A DNA stretch of 63,970 nucleotides, filler included, from Reclinomonas americana ATCC 50394 (Eukaryota), in NCBI GenBank assembly GCA_048213135.1. It is 11 parts of 6 records of this genome, joined end to end, with 100 filler letters (N's around TTAATTAATTAA, not from the genome) between each part and the next. Parts side by side here need not be neighbours in the genome. Positions count along the whole stretch, not along the records: positions 1 to 15,715 come from PS015735.1; positions 15,816 to 24,784 come from PS015736.1; 9 more parts are not named here. One strand, given 5' to 3'. The notes beneath the pieces were generated by a model. The model saw nothing but the letters and a program-made list of their open reading frames with translations, had not been told where the DNA came from and searched no databases. Of this stretch, positions 11,293 to 24,361 are shown one piece after another. Position 1 is the first letter of the stretch; the number at the start of each line of letters is the position of its first letter. A program made the translations under genes and the position numbers.

Positions 11293-14200
11293 TCATTGTT
11301 GCCAGGTGGAGCGGTGCGCAAAGAACGTGGTACCAAATTGTCTCGGGGTAGAGCTAGATTCACCCGAAGCAGCACCACCGTCGGTTTTCACCGATCCTGT
11401 TCGTGCACGTGCCGACTGCACACGACTGCCTGCATTGGAGCTCCCCCTTGGTCTCCCGGCGTTGATGGCCAGAATCTGCTCGGCAGGCGATGGTGGCGAC
11501 CGCGGAGCCTGGAATGCTATGCCGCGCGATACATCAATAGGCCCCACAGCAGCCGCTCCTCCTCCTCCTCCTCCTCCTCCACTGCCTCCACCTGCTGTTG
11601 CTTTCCCGGCGCCTTGTCTGGACGACAACTGACCCGAATAGCCACTTGCCGCAGCCGTCTGCAGATCAAAGTGGAACTGCGGTGCCGTGTCTTCCACAGC
11701 GGAGGCGGTGCTGGCCACCGAGCTGCACTCCAGACGTCAGTGTGTGATTCGTCGTCGATGCACGACACGCAATTGTTGGGACTCACCCCGTTTCGTGTCG
11801 GTCGGTCGCTGTGTCAGCTGGCGGCGGTGGTGCTTGGCCCGTCGTGTTCCAGAACGTAATCACTCGGTTCAGCTCGGCGTCAAGTTGGAGCTGCCACCGA
11901 TAACACATGTGAGCGGAAGCCGCCAAAGGAGACACCACACGGAATGCACTCAACAATTTCCTCGCGCAGCTTTTGCGCTTCACGGCTATCACTCGGCACG
12001 CGGCGCAGCTTCTCGTGGCGCTCCTCCAACTGCTCCACCAGCAGCTTCACGCCCGGATCGATGAGTACAAGACTCTTGCGGTTGATGACCCCCGACATTT
12101 TCTGGTCACTGTATCATCATTCAACGTCAGTCGCCACACAAGAAGCTGCGGGCGTCCAGTGGCATTCGCAACTAGGTGTCAGTGGCGGGCGTCAAGTCGC
12201 GGACCTGTGCCTTCAGTCGATCGACTTGCATGCGAAGCGAGTGCAGCTCGCTCTGCAAATCAAAGTACTCCTTGCTGTGCGTCACAAGAGGAGGTTGAGC
12301 AACGACAGCCAACAGGACCATCGAGAGCAAAGGCACGTACCGAGGCAGCGCCACGACCTGGGAGTCGAACTGCTCCTGCGGATTACCCTGCCCCAACGCC
12401 ACCAGTTGCGATCGCAGTGCTTCCTTCTCGGCCCACGTTCGATCGATTTCAGACTCGGCTATCACGGCGAAAGGTGAGAACCAGGCGCACGCAGGTGAGG
12501 GAGCGACGCAGATCACGCACCCTTGATCAGCAGCATTCGCAGCTGATTTTCCCTGTATGCCGCACTCCGACCAAACTGCACCCACCCCAGGCATCACGGT
12601 GAGCGCACATCGAGTAAAATACAAGACGTACACGCACGCAGTCCACCTCTTTCATGCTTGTCGCGGCGCCCTCGACAAACCTCGTAAAGCACATTCGATA
12701 TACACTGGCCACATCGTTCTGCTGCTTTGGTCCATTGGCCTGAATATCACCACACACCCGCGTGAGTACCCGTGATTCTCACCATCTCCCGTCTTGCAGT
12801 CAGACACTGACTCACCAACATGTAAGTGATGGCCGTTGTCGCAGAGCGTTTCCACAACTCGGCGACCTCGTCTGCCACGGCAACTCCGTTGGGGCCAGCA
12901 GGCATCCGTGGCGACGAACCGGAGCCGCCAGCAGACGACTGCCGTTTCTCCTTCTTGCCCCCTTGCCGCTGTCGCTGCATGCTGGCCATCACCGAGGCTG
13001 CCGCCACGGCCACTGCCGTGTCTTTGAACGCTGGCAGAGTGGCACGCAGCGCAGTAGGTGTCACCAGGCTTCCGTTACCATGTTCAGCGCCGCCGTTCTC
13101 GCCACCGTCGTCGCCCTCGTCCTCGCTGTCGGCCGCAAACCCTTGCGGAGGTGCATTGCCCGAAAATTGTCGGCATCGACGGACGCTGTCGGCCAGAGGG
13201 AACTCGAGTAGACTCGCCACACCCTGTGTCAGTGCCTCGCGTTTCTCCTTGGTCAGCTGCTGCGACGCCGAGGAAGGCCGATTATTGGCTTTGCCGGCTG
13301 CGAAGAAGTGTCGGTTACACAGGCACAAACACAGCAGAAGTCAACATGCGACTACAACACACATGGGTCGGCGCTGTACGGGCGCATGTTGGCACGAGGT
13401 GTGTCGCGCTCGGCCGCATGTCTCTCATCATGTGGCCCTCCCGGCACGCTGCATCCGTCGCCAGTGAGCACTCGCGAAAATCGAGCGACGAAGGAAGAGG
13501 ACGAAACAGGTGGACAGTGGACGATGTGAGCCGTGGGCCAGGAGAGGGTATGGTGTTGTGCGGAACCACGCCCACCGGCGCAGACGACATGGCGAAAGAC
13601 TGCAACATTGGTCGCCTGCCACCAGAAGGCGATGCCGTGAGTTGTGGCGGTGGAGCCACGCGGGAATCCATCATGCCCTCATCGTCGGAGAGTGGTGCAG
13701 GTGAGCCGTCGTCGTCAAAGAACGGCGAGCCACGCATCATGTCGAGCGATTGCATCGGCATGCCCTCAACTGCCGAATAAAAAACATAAGCAAGCGTCGC
13801 ATCTGTTGCGTGCACGACACANNNNNNNNNNNNNNNNNNNNNNNNNNNNNNNNNNNNNNNNNNNNNNNNNNNNNNNNNNNNNNNNNNNNNNNNNNNNNNN
13901 NNNNNNNNNNNNNNNNNNNNNNNNNNNNNNNNNNNNNNNNNNNNNNNNNNNNNNNNNNNNNNNNNNNNNNNNNNNNNNNNNNNNNNNNNNNNNNNNNNNN
14001 NNNNNNNNNNNNNNNNNNNNNNNNNNNNNNNNNNNNNNNNNNNNNNNNNNNNNNNNNNNNNNNNNNNNNNNNNNNNNNNNNNNNNNNNNNNNNNNNNNNN
14101 NNNNNNNNNNNNNNNNNNNNNNNNNNNNNNNNNNNNNNNNNNNCATGCATGCACACCAGCTTGCAAAATACGCTCAATATGCGTTGTCTTGCTCGGGGGT

Positions 14201-15490
14201 GGTGACGAGACGCGGAGCAGTTCGTCGTCCAACCCATCGCCACTGATAGAGTCCTGATAGCTGGAGTCACCTCCCTCCATGCCTGTTCTGCGAGCTGCGC
14301 GGATCAACTCCTCCTGCATCGACTGTGGTGAGTGATCCATCACTGCGTGGACTGGCATTGAAGACACGCACCGTATCACCGCTGTACTCGGTGCCGGTAC
14401 GTGCGCTCGGTGGCGCTGCGTCTGCCGGATGCAGTCGCCTGTACACCACTCGTCCAGGTGCCGTCGGCGCTCCNNNNNNNNNNNNNNNNNNNNGTCGGCA
14501 TCCATTTCGTCGGGTGGAACGCTGCGGGAGGTCTCCCGTCGCAACGCGTTGTCCACTCGCTCAAGAAGTCGCCGATGCGCCTCAGACCCAACACCCTTGG
14601 TGACTGACGGCGGCCGCGGCGCTGACTCTGTCAATCGCACAGGCTCCGCAGCCACAGGTGTCGGGGGCTCGGACGGCTCCGTAGGCGGTGGTGGTGACGA
14701 GGAGTCGTGTTGTTGTTGGTCGTCGTAACGGATCTGCAGACACTCGATGTGAGACGCGAAACAGAGGCAGTGGGGGTGGAATACATAATCTGATCCATAC
14801 CAATGTAAAGTTGGCGCTGGTGCCAAACGACGTCGGCAACTCCAGTGCCTGATTGAACTCGCCCAGCAAATCCAGAGTGACGGCAGAACTGCTTCCGGTC
14901 GACTGCCGCATGCGCCCACTACTGGTAGGCCGCGATCGCGGTGCTGACCGTGCACCACCCGCTGCACGGCCGCTGTCATTCTGCGGCAAGTACGCAGCGG
15001 GTGCCATGAGTCGGCTCGTGGCATCACGCCGCGGCATCGCATTGTGTGTCCGCACACTCACGCTGCGCACCATCACGGACGAATGAGAACCACATAACAC
15101 ATTGTCGTTCTCTTGCTCTCCTCCTTACCCGAGCACGGCAGAGTCGTTGCGCATGCGAGCGCTCCACGGCCGCGATTGTGGACCGGCACCGACAAAGGCC
15201 GGATCGGGAGGTGGCGCACCGGACGCGCGAGCGCTCTTCGGACGCTGCAGACCACCCTTGGGGAAGCCGGGTGGGCCAGCCATCTCCTTCTGCTCAGCAG
15301 CATTTGTCACCATCGCAGTCAGCGATCTCTCTCCCAAAACAAACGGACACTTCGAAGCTACACAACTTGCAAGTGTGCTCGAAAACTGCGTGGCGCCGAC
15401 GTCGGTGGTCGATTCTGCGACGCAGACGTCGGCGACAGTGCGAAATCATCAAGAGGCAGTGCCGGCACGTTGGCCGGGCGAGGTGGACCA
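11293..15490 (-). CDS. Large low-complexity/coiled-coil hypothetical protein, multi-exon, 5' partial and gapped
   Basis: Chain of minus-strand ORFs with GT..AG boundaries. Ser/Pro/Arg-rich (RPxSA motifs) with a C-terminal coiled coil. No domain recognised. Confidence 0.45.
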
Positions 15491-15529
15491 CCTGTGAAAC
15501 CGAGTGAGGGGAAGCGAGAGATGAGGAAA

Positions 15530-15715
15530 GAACGGAAGGAACAGGGGGGAAGGAGGAGATGGAAGGAACAGGGGGAAGGAGGAGAGGGGAAAGAACAGGG
15601 GGGAAGGAGGAGAGGGGGAAGGAACAGGTGGGAAGGAACAGGGGGGAGGAACAGGTGGGAAGGAACAGGGGGGAAGGAGGAGATGGAAGGAACAGGGGGA
15701 AGGGGGAAGGATTAG
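15530..15715 (+). repeat. Purine-rich imperfect tandem repeat (GGAAGGAACAGGGGG-like units)
   Basis: Repeated GGAAGGAACAGG(G/T)GG units directly visible, ending at a contig edge. Confidence 0.85.
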
Positions 15716-15815
15716 NNNNNNNNNNNNNNNNNNNNNNNNNNNNNNNNNNNNNNNNNNNNTTAATTAATTAANNNNNNNNNNNNNNNNNNNNNNNNNNNNN
15801 NNNNNNNNNNNNNNN
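15716..15815. other. Artificial assembly spacer N-TTAATTAATTAA-N (recurs ~24829, 32309, 37199, 39571, 41885, 44124, 46029, 51549, 56369)
   Basis: Identical 12-mer with stops in all six frames, embedded in N runs. Confidence 0.97.
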
Positions 15816-16400
15816 GGACTGACTGTGTGCGTGTGGCCGACTGGGCATCAGCCAGGAAACGAGACCTCGCTCGCGCCCATCGGTGGCCAGCAGACTCCAG
15901 TAGTACATGTACGTCTCCTGCGGCATGTACGAGCGCACAATCGCAGCGTACGACGGATCCTCGAGAATCTGTCGCATGACTCGAATGCTGCAGAGGACGA
16001 TCAGATCTCTCTCTCTCTCGAAAAGGCGAGAAAAAAGAGCATGACACACCGGCCAGTGGACGCTGCTCGTTTGAGCGTGTGCAGCAGGAACGCCACGTCG
16101 ACATAGCCATGAAAGTTGGCGTACAGACGCTGCGCCAGCATCTCGGGAGCCATGGATGACGACGCACCCTCATCTGCCGCACCATACGCCACCTTTGCCG
16201 TCTCCAGCAACTGCTCAGACGCTTGCTGCTGAGTGCGTGTCGGCTGTGTGGAGACCACCGACGGCTGCTTGCGATGTTGCGTCGTCTTCAACGAGCTTGG
16301 ATCAGCAGCTGAAGCATTGGTGGGTGGTGCGACGGGGGCCAGAGTCGGCAGTGGGCTTGCTGCTGGTGCGCTCACTGGGAACTCCAGATCGAGGCCCTGA
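15816..16400 (-). CDS. Hypothetical protein fragment, 3' truncated by gap
   Basis: Exons LAQRLYANFHGYVDVAFLLHTLK and DLIVLCSIRVMRQILEDPSYAAIVRSYMP separated by a short intron. Confidence 0.45.
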
Positions 16401-16653
16401 TGTGTGCGTTAGTGTGTGTGTGTGTGTATGTGTGTTTCTGATGATAAATCAGACGACGCAACGGGCGCTGGTCGCAGCTCTGACTGCGACGATTGCTGGT
16501 AGATGCCAGAGTTCACCACGACACGTGACTGCATCTGTGTGGCTTCGCCTCTCTTCGTGTCGCAGGAACTGTGCGCCCACGCCTCCTCTCGTTCTTTGTT
16601 ATGTTGTGTTATTGGTGCATAGGACAAACGGCCAACGTTCGATTACATACATT

Positions 16654-18333
16654 TTAGCCTTCGTCCTCTTCCTCCTCTTCCTCCTTTTTCTGTTTCCTCT
16701 TGGTCTTCTTGGCCTTCTTCTTCTGCTTCTTCTCCTTCTTCGTTGCCTCGTTGGTGGTGGTGTGCAGATCCAGAGTGCCATCCTCGTCCTCCTCCTCATC
16801 CTCATCCTCTTCATCCTCTTCGTCAGTCGACGTCGTCTTCTTCTTGCTCTTCATGGGCTCGTCAGCGGTCGCTCCATTCCGCTTGCTCTTTTCCTTCTTT
16901 TTCTTCTTCTTGCTCTCGCTCGCAGTTGCGGACGTGGTGGTGGTTGTGGTGGTGGCGGCGGCGCTCGTCGGTCTCCTATCGACAACGTCCACTTGCATGC
17001 TGCCGGCGGCGGCGGCGGCAGCGGAGCCGCGACCGACCTTCTTTGGTCTTAGTGCGTCCACCACCACCGCGCTCTCAATACCCTGCGCGGCGCCACTCGT
17101 GAGAGGATGCAATGAGAGGAACGAGAGAGGCAGGCAAACGCACCGCAAAAATGTCCATGCCCTGCTCGATGCACTCGATGAGCAGCGGGATGCGTCGCTC
17201 ACTAAAGTCGTCTGCTTGGCGGAAGGCGTCCAACTCGTCGCCAAAGCACTTGGTGAACTCGTCCAGGTACCACTCGGAGAACGACGGCAGCGCGCCAGCA
17301 TCGTCGCCAGACGAGGCTCGCGACGCATCGGCCAGCATGGCCGGCACACGACGCCCCAGCACCTGCATGTCACGATCGATGCGCTTCCACACCGCCGCAC
17401 TGGCGTAGCGCTGCAGCAGCGGCAACGTGGTGTTCAATCGCAAATCCTGTCGCGCACGAGGCCAGTCAGCAACGACAGAGAGAGAGAGAGGGAGGGAGGG
17501 AGAAGAGTGCTTGCTCTCAATGCTTCTCCTGTGACTCCTCTCTCTTCCTTGCTATGCATGATAACCTCTTCGCGTATGTCCATGCGCTCCAGATCCACCG
17601 CCAGCGCCGCAAACGAGGGCGCCTCCTTGACCGGCACGTGATTGAGATTGTGTAGGATGCAGTGTACGCGCTTCACCAGCGCCAGAATGCGCAGTGACAC
17701 GTCGGCCAGCTGGTGAACGTCACCCGCCGACGCACCTGTCGACAAAGGATCAGTGGGAGGTGAGAGAGAGAGAGGAGGGAGGGTGAAGGAGGGGTGTGAA
17801 TTCTCGCACGCACCACCCAGCGGCAGCCTGTGCATTGCCGACGCGCTGTCAGTGTCGGCGGTCCACACGCCCGGACTGACGCTGGAGGCCAGTTGCGCTG
17901 ACCACTCGACCAGTCGCTGTGCTTCACTCTGCTTGGCGTTGACTGGGTGCTCCTCTTCTTCCTCCTCTTCCTCATCGTCATCATCATCGTCATCTGCATG
18001 CATGCATTGTCAGTGACTGATCAATCACATCATCCATCGACGCACACACACACACACCGTCCATCGTCACATCGACTGGCATCGCATCGTCCTCCTCCTC
18101 CTCTTCGTCCTCCTCATCGTCATCGTCGTCGGCGTGAACGGGGCGGCTCTTCTTCACTTTCCGCTCCTGTCGTGAGCCATCTGCACATGCACATGCCCAA
18201 CACGCCCACAATGAGACAACCGGCATTTGCAGGCGACTGAACGCGCGTGCGGATGCGTACCATCGCTGCTGCTGCTACTACTACTGCTGCTGCTGCTGCT
18301 GCTGTCACTGTCGCTGCTGTCGCTGTCGCTCAT
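16654..18333 (-). CDS. Rsa3-domain (ribosome assembly) acidic/Lys-rich nucleolar-type protein
   Basis: FSEWYLDEFTKCFGDELDAFRQADDFSERRIPLLIECIEQGMDIF resembles the Rsa3 domain. SD-rich N-terminus and poly-E/poly-K tail. Confidence 0.65.
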
Positions 18334-19260
18334 GGTGGTGCTTGTGGACAAATGAATAACGCGCGAGTTTCCGGTTTTCGAAACGTGAAGCAGTCCACGA
18401 GACTGCCGATGACCGTCGTCATACACAGCTGCAGTGAGGACGCACGCGGCTTTGCTGCAAATCTGCTTGGTTGCAATCGATCGCAGCGCGCGATATTCGA
18501 ATTATCGCAGACTCGTACCACAAGCCCGTGAACGCTGCGCCCTTCGACGCCGACAGCGCACACTGCCTCGCTTCACACACACACACACACATCACGTCCT
18601 CCGCCGGCACACCGGCACAGGACGGCGTATGTGGCGGCCAAAAACTCCCATCGAATATTCTCGTTGCCTTTTTTGAGTTCACGCCGAGCGAAGAAGAATG
18701 AACGAGCCGACACACAACCCCGCCGCCACCACGCTGATGATGATGATGATGTCATCCTCGACAACCACAACCGCACGGACATGCGACATGCCGCCACCCG
18801 CGTCTTCGACGCGACTGAGACAGGTGAGTGTGCTTTTTGGTCGCAAAAAACATTCGCGAAATTTCTGCCTGTTTTTTGTCTGTCTTCTTGTGCGGCGCGT
18901 CTGTCGCTCGCTCGCCCTCTCTTTGTAGGTGCGTGTGCGTTTGTTCCAGTGTAGCCGTGCACACAGTTGGAGAGGGGAGAGAGAGGCTCTGAGAAAGTGA
19001 GTGCGCGAATCATTCCGTCGTGCGCACTGTTACAGCGCCAGGTGATGCATCACGCACACACACTGATTCACTTTTCACACTCAGCCGCGCTGACATAGAT
19101 ACACACACATTCGCATTGAGCAGTAGATCCATTCATCACTCTGCGCGCGCGTGTGCGTGCGTGTGTGCGTGTCAGAGCGACACTTTCGTCCACTTCTCAC
19201 ACGCTCTCTTACCACGCACAGTCGCCAGCCTCGCGCGCCACCCCATCAGCAGCCGTCAAC

Positions 19261-21719
19261 ATGCCGATGGAAGGAACCACCTTTGCCGAGTACGAGGCAC
19301 TCGTGCGAATACTCACCTCACAAGCAGCAGCGGCCAGCAGCAGTGGTGCAGCAGCCGCAGCCGCAGCCGCAGCAGCGGCCGCCACCTCCGCATCACCAGC
19401 AGGCTCCAGTTGTTCAGCGTCGCCTCTCATGCACCGACCACCCACCACACATCACGCCATGTCGTCTCCATCATCATCGTCATCGTCGTCGTCTTCCTCG
19501 TCGTCGTCTTCAGCTGCGGCCGCGTTGGCAGCCGCGGCAGCAGCAGTGGGCACGTCAGCGCCTCCGTCGCCTGCCTCCTCCGTCGTCTCTGACATTGACG
19601 ACGAGACTCGCCTGCAGAGGGTACGTCTTGTGTGTGTGCGGTGGTGGCATCATCGGTCATTCGGCGAAAAGCATAAGTGTCCTGATTTGACAACTGATGC
19701 ACAGGTTATCGGGTGGTGCGCATGCGCTTGATTGTTCTTCATATTTTCTGGTGCGAGGCGTTGCTCATGTGTGTGTGCGTTGGTGTGGTGACAGGGCTCC
19801 CAAGTTCATTCTGAAGGAGGTTCGATTGCATGACGGAACACCGATTGTGACGCCGGTTCGGATTGTGGACGGAAGATTTCTCGTGCCGCCGCTGCCGCCA
19901 GTTGCGTCTCGTGCGACTGCTTCCGACTGCTGCGTCTGCTGCTACTGCTGCTGCTGACCTATGTGCATGGCGNNNNNNNNNNNNNNNNNNNNCGATCAGG
20001 GCCCGCTTGATCCAGGATCGCTGACGGTCCGTGCGGTGATGGCGGCGCATGTGGCGTTGTCGCACTGCGGTGCGGACGAGACGCACGCGGAGCTGTCGGT
20101 GCACTGCGTCAACAATGTGCCGTTGGTGGATGTGGCGCACATCCTCCGCTCATGTTGTGCTCAATGTCATCCGCCACCGCTCGGCAGCGAGTCGGCGGCA
20201 CCGTCGCGCGGCACACCGCACGCCCACATGAGCGGCGTGCCGCCGTTTGTGCGCCTGCGTCGCTCGTGGCCGCGGCGATTGGCACTCTGCCATCGTGGCA
20301 CCGAGGAGAGGCAAGTGTCGGTCGATGTGTTGATGCCCGTCGCAGGGTGTGATGGGGGCGCGGCGGACGACAGCACGTGCGGCGACAGTGCTACTGGCAA
20401 CGAGAGCTCCATGCAGTGCGATGCACAGTCGGTGGCCTCGGCCTCGTCGTGCTCCTTCGATCCGCTGCAACACTCACGGCGGCANNNNNNNNNNNNNNNN
20501 NNNNGTTCTCCTCTTCGGCATCTCGCGCCGTGCAGTTGGCCTCGCTGGCCTTCAAGTGCGACGACGAAACCGGCGCCATTCTCACCGGCAACAAGGTGCG
20601 CAAGCTCGAGTACCTGCTTGCCGACGCCACGGATATGCACTGTCAAGTGATTATGACGTGTGGCGGAGTGGTGCGTCATGCTTTCGCCTGTTTTTTGCTC
20701 GCTCCCCCTCGGTGTTCTGATTCACTTGTTTGCGGTGTGACAGCAATCGAATCACTGCCGAGCCACGGCCGCCGCTTGTGCTCGTCTCGGTCTCCAGTGC
20801 CACGTATTCCTGCGTGGTCGCCCTCCTCGTGCGTCTCTTCGCCAGTGGTGCCATGTACTCTTTTGCTGTCTCGCATACTGACAGGAGCGTGTGGCAGACG
20901 ATGGTCTGTTGACCGGCAACCTTTTGCTAATGTCTATTTCCGGCGCCACCATCCACTACCTGGCGGAGGAGGACTATTATCACGGTGGCGTCGGTGATCG
21001 GATGCAGCAGATGGCTTCAGAGCTGGCCGCACATCAGGGCCTCATGAGCTACATTATCCCGTCGGGTGGCTCCAACGCTCTCGGCTGCTTCGGCTACGTC
21101 GACATGGTGGTGAGTCAAAAAATACGCGTGCACATTGTGTGGCACCACGAACTGCGTCGCTGACAACGTGTGACCCACCTGGCAGACGGAGGTGGTGGAG
21201 AGATGTTCGTCTGGCGGCGAACTTGCTGCCATTCACGGATTTCCGTACACGCACATTGCGGTGGCTGTCGGTTCGGGCGGCACGGTAGCCGGTGCGTCGC
21301 ATCGGAGGGGTGGGGAAACACAACTCTTCCGTTTGGTCGTGCAGCTGACCCGCTTTTTTCGTTGCCAGGCATTATTCTGGGTCTCGCGCTGCACGGCTTG
21401 TTGCCTCAAGTGCATGTAATCGGCTTCTCGGTGTGCGACAGCCGCGAGTACTTTGAGGAACACGTGTCGACCATTATTGACGATTTCCGACGGCGGTCGG
21501 GCGTGGAGGATTTGCAAGTGCCCCGTGAATCGTGGTCCATTATCGATGGTGCGCTGCCGTAGAGTATTCATGTGATCGTCGTGTGGGAAGCGCTGACGCT
21601 GGGTGGGTCGCGTAGTTGCTGGCGACGGGTATGGCATCGAGCTGCCGGGGGAAGCGGAGGCACTCAAGTCACTGGCACGACGCACTGGCGTCTTCCTCGA
21701 TCCGGTGTACGGCGGCAAG
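19261..21719 (+). CDS. PLP-dependent D-cysteine desulfhydrase / ACC deaminase family enzyme with N-terminal extension; 3' end lost in repeat/gap
   Basis: KCDD..GNKVRKLEYLLADA, TCGGVQSNHCRATA, GNLLL, IPSGGSNALG.FGYV, AVGSGGT.AG and LDPVY.GK. Confidence 0.9.
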
Positions 21720-21734
21720 GTGTGTACATGTCTG

Positions 21735-21736
<2 letters not shown>

Positions 21737-21816
<80 letters not shown>

Positions 21817-21905
21817 GTACGTACGTACCGTACCTACCTCCGTCCGTCCGTCCGTACGACGACGACGTCGTGTTGGTGGTCGTCGTACGACGTACGTACG
21901 TACGT
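21737..21905. repeat. (TG)n microsatellite followed by (TACG)n/(CCGT)n simple repeats, intronic
   Basis: Direct inspection. Confidence 0.95.
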
Positions 21906-22189
21906 NNNNNNNNNNNNNNNNNNNNNNNNNNNNNNNNNNNNNNNNNNNNNNNNNNNNNNNNNNNNNNNNNNNNNNNNNNNNNNNNNNNNNNNNNNNNNNN
22001 NNNNNNNNNNNNNNNNNNNNNNNNNNNNNNNNNNNNNNNNNNNNNNNNNNNNNNNNNNNNNNNNNNNNNNNNCCCGACCATGTTTTCTTGGTGGAGAGCG
22101 GCTTTAGTAAAATTAGACGGTGGCTGTCGTCTATTGCCGTTCTTTCGTCTATGTGGTTTCGTTCCCCTTCCTATCCCCTCCTCCCCACA

Positions 22190-22220
<31 letters not shown>

Positions 22221-22481
22221 TCATGGTACGTACCCCATTCCTGTGCCCTTGTGGTTGGCAATTTCGTTCCTTCTCTCTCTCTCTCTCTCTCTCCTCTCAT
22301 GTTTGTGCGTAGTATGTGTGTTTGTTTCTCGGTCAATGTGATGTGCCCGTGTACGATGTGTGTGTTGTGTGTGTGTGTGTCGAGCGTCCAATGAACTGCA
22401 GCCGACACGAATCAAGCCGCCAAACTCCATTCTTCATTTTGGCAGTGAGCACGCACACAAAAAGTGGAAACAATCAATCGA

Positions 22482-24085
22482 TTACTGCGGGTCACCGGCG
22501 GCGGCCGCCACCGCCACACTGTCTGATGCGACGACGTCGGCCGACACATTGGCGACCTCGGCTGGCGGCAATTGCGAGCACAGCGAGCATTCGGGGTTGG
22601 CTTCCATCTTCCACCGCTCAATCTGCGCGTGACACAACAGAAGTCAGGAACAAGTACGCACACAAACACGAGCGCGCGCGCGCGCATCTACATACCTGCC
22701 AGCTCATCATGTAGACGATCACGCGGTTCGGCTGGTCCATCTCCATGCGCGCTGGGTAGTCCAGCAAATGCTGCACGGCCAGGCCCACCATGGTGTGGCA
22801 CTGTCGAACACGAGAGAGCGTAAGTATTCTTGACCTCTTCCTTTTCTCGTCAGAAGCAACAGACCCCAACAGAGCACGAATAAATGGTGCTTCCGCCGCC
22901 CTGGTACAGATTGTCTGTGTGTGCGCGTGCGTGGTACGGTGAGAGATTGGAGGTACACACGACGAGCACTCTCGACAGACGGCAGACCTCGCGGAATAAA
23001 GTCGATTGTCTCCAGCTTGTCAATCACATCCAGTGACAGTCGCGCCTTGACCTCCTCGTTGGTCAAGTCAATCATGCACGCCCAGCAGGGGCGGCCAGTG
23101 GCGGTGGCGACTGACCGGTGGCACTCGAGTGAGGCGAACAGATTGAATGCATGAAAGAAACACGGAACGCAACAGTCAACAGTGAGCGTGTGACCGTAGA
23201 CGGGATCGGTGCCGCCGACCACGAGCGGAATGCGCAGCTTCAGTGCGAGCGACGCCACCGCATAGTCAAAGTAGTCACCTGTGGCGGGCGCACCCACATG
23301 AACACAGACAGGGACGTCGGTCAAATCGTGGAGATCAACATGGACCGCGGTGCACTCGACGACGAACCAACGTCGATGCCGTTGAAGAGAATGGTGCACT
23401 CGCGTGCGGCCTGCACCACGAGGTACCAGTTGATGACGGCTGCCGGTTTCAGCACACAGTGAGCAGGAGTGGAGGAGAGGAGGGCACAAGAAAGAAGAGA
23501 GTTAAAAAAAAGGCACCATCAGTGTGAATCGGAACAATTTCTGTGCCCAGATTGTGGCGCTCCAGCGAGTCCTTCGCGGCATCCACCTTGCGCCGACCCA
23601 CGTCGGCCTTGGAGTACAACATCTGACGATTGAGGTTGTGATAGTCGACCACATCTCGATCCTGTGACAATGGTTTCCCTCGGTGAGCATAGAGAGAAAG
23701 AAAGACGTGAACATGTGCTGTGCGTGTGTGACTCATGCACACCAAGATGAAGATCTTCTTGAAGCCGAGTCGCACACAGTCCATGGCACACGTGCAGCCC
23801 ACACCGCCTATGATGCGCATTTCAGGCTTTCTTGATTTGTCTCACAACTCCACCGTGTTACACGCACCCACACCCAGAATGAAGGCCACTTGCTCACGCA
23901 CAATCTCCTGGTCCCATCCGCGGCATCGGCGTTGACTGTGCACACACAGAGAGAGAGAGTGAGAAAGAGAGGTTGACTAACTGGATGCGCTCTTTTTCTC
24001 ACACACATTACACACACCGCTCAAAGTAGTCAACAGCGGGGTGCTCCGCTGCTGCAGCTGCGTGTGCGTGCTCCTCCCCGCTCAT
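22482..24085 (-). CDS. ThiF/MoeB/E1-like adenylyltransferase family protein, multi-exon
   Basis: DYFERQ, ILGVGGVGC, DRDVVDYHNLNRQMLYSKADVGRRKVDAA, GRPCWAC and C-terminal NPECSLC. Confidence 0.88.
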
Positions 24086-24361
24086 TTGCAAACCCACGGC
24101 GAAACTCCACGGTCCACCTCAATCGATTGGGGCGAGAAGATGACCGTTGCATCCTTTTTCAAGTTTTCGGTGAGCAAAAGCCACTTGTACTTCCCTCCCT
24201 CTCCCACTGCGGCACGCTCTCCATCTATACACGCGCTCTCCTCCTCCTCCTTCTCCTCACTTGCTCACTCACGCACTGCTGACAAAAGTTTGTTGTGTGC
24301 CACATACAGACTGCGCGCGCTCGTCTCCCTCAAGAAAACCCTCAACAAGACCAACTCAGAA

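Noticed and set aside
12480..12760. Resemblance of SVYRMCFTRFVE to TSNAXIP1-N or axonemal dynein light chain domains
   Set aside because: Similarity too short and weak to support a call without a profile search.
15760..15771. Recurrent palindromic TTAATTAATTAA elements
   Set aside because: Always embedded in N runs; a six-frame-stop linker added during assembly, not biological.
21737..21905. Tandem repeats as a CRISPR-like or telomeric array
   Set aside because: Simple intronic microsatellites with no spacers and no telomeric unit.
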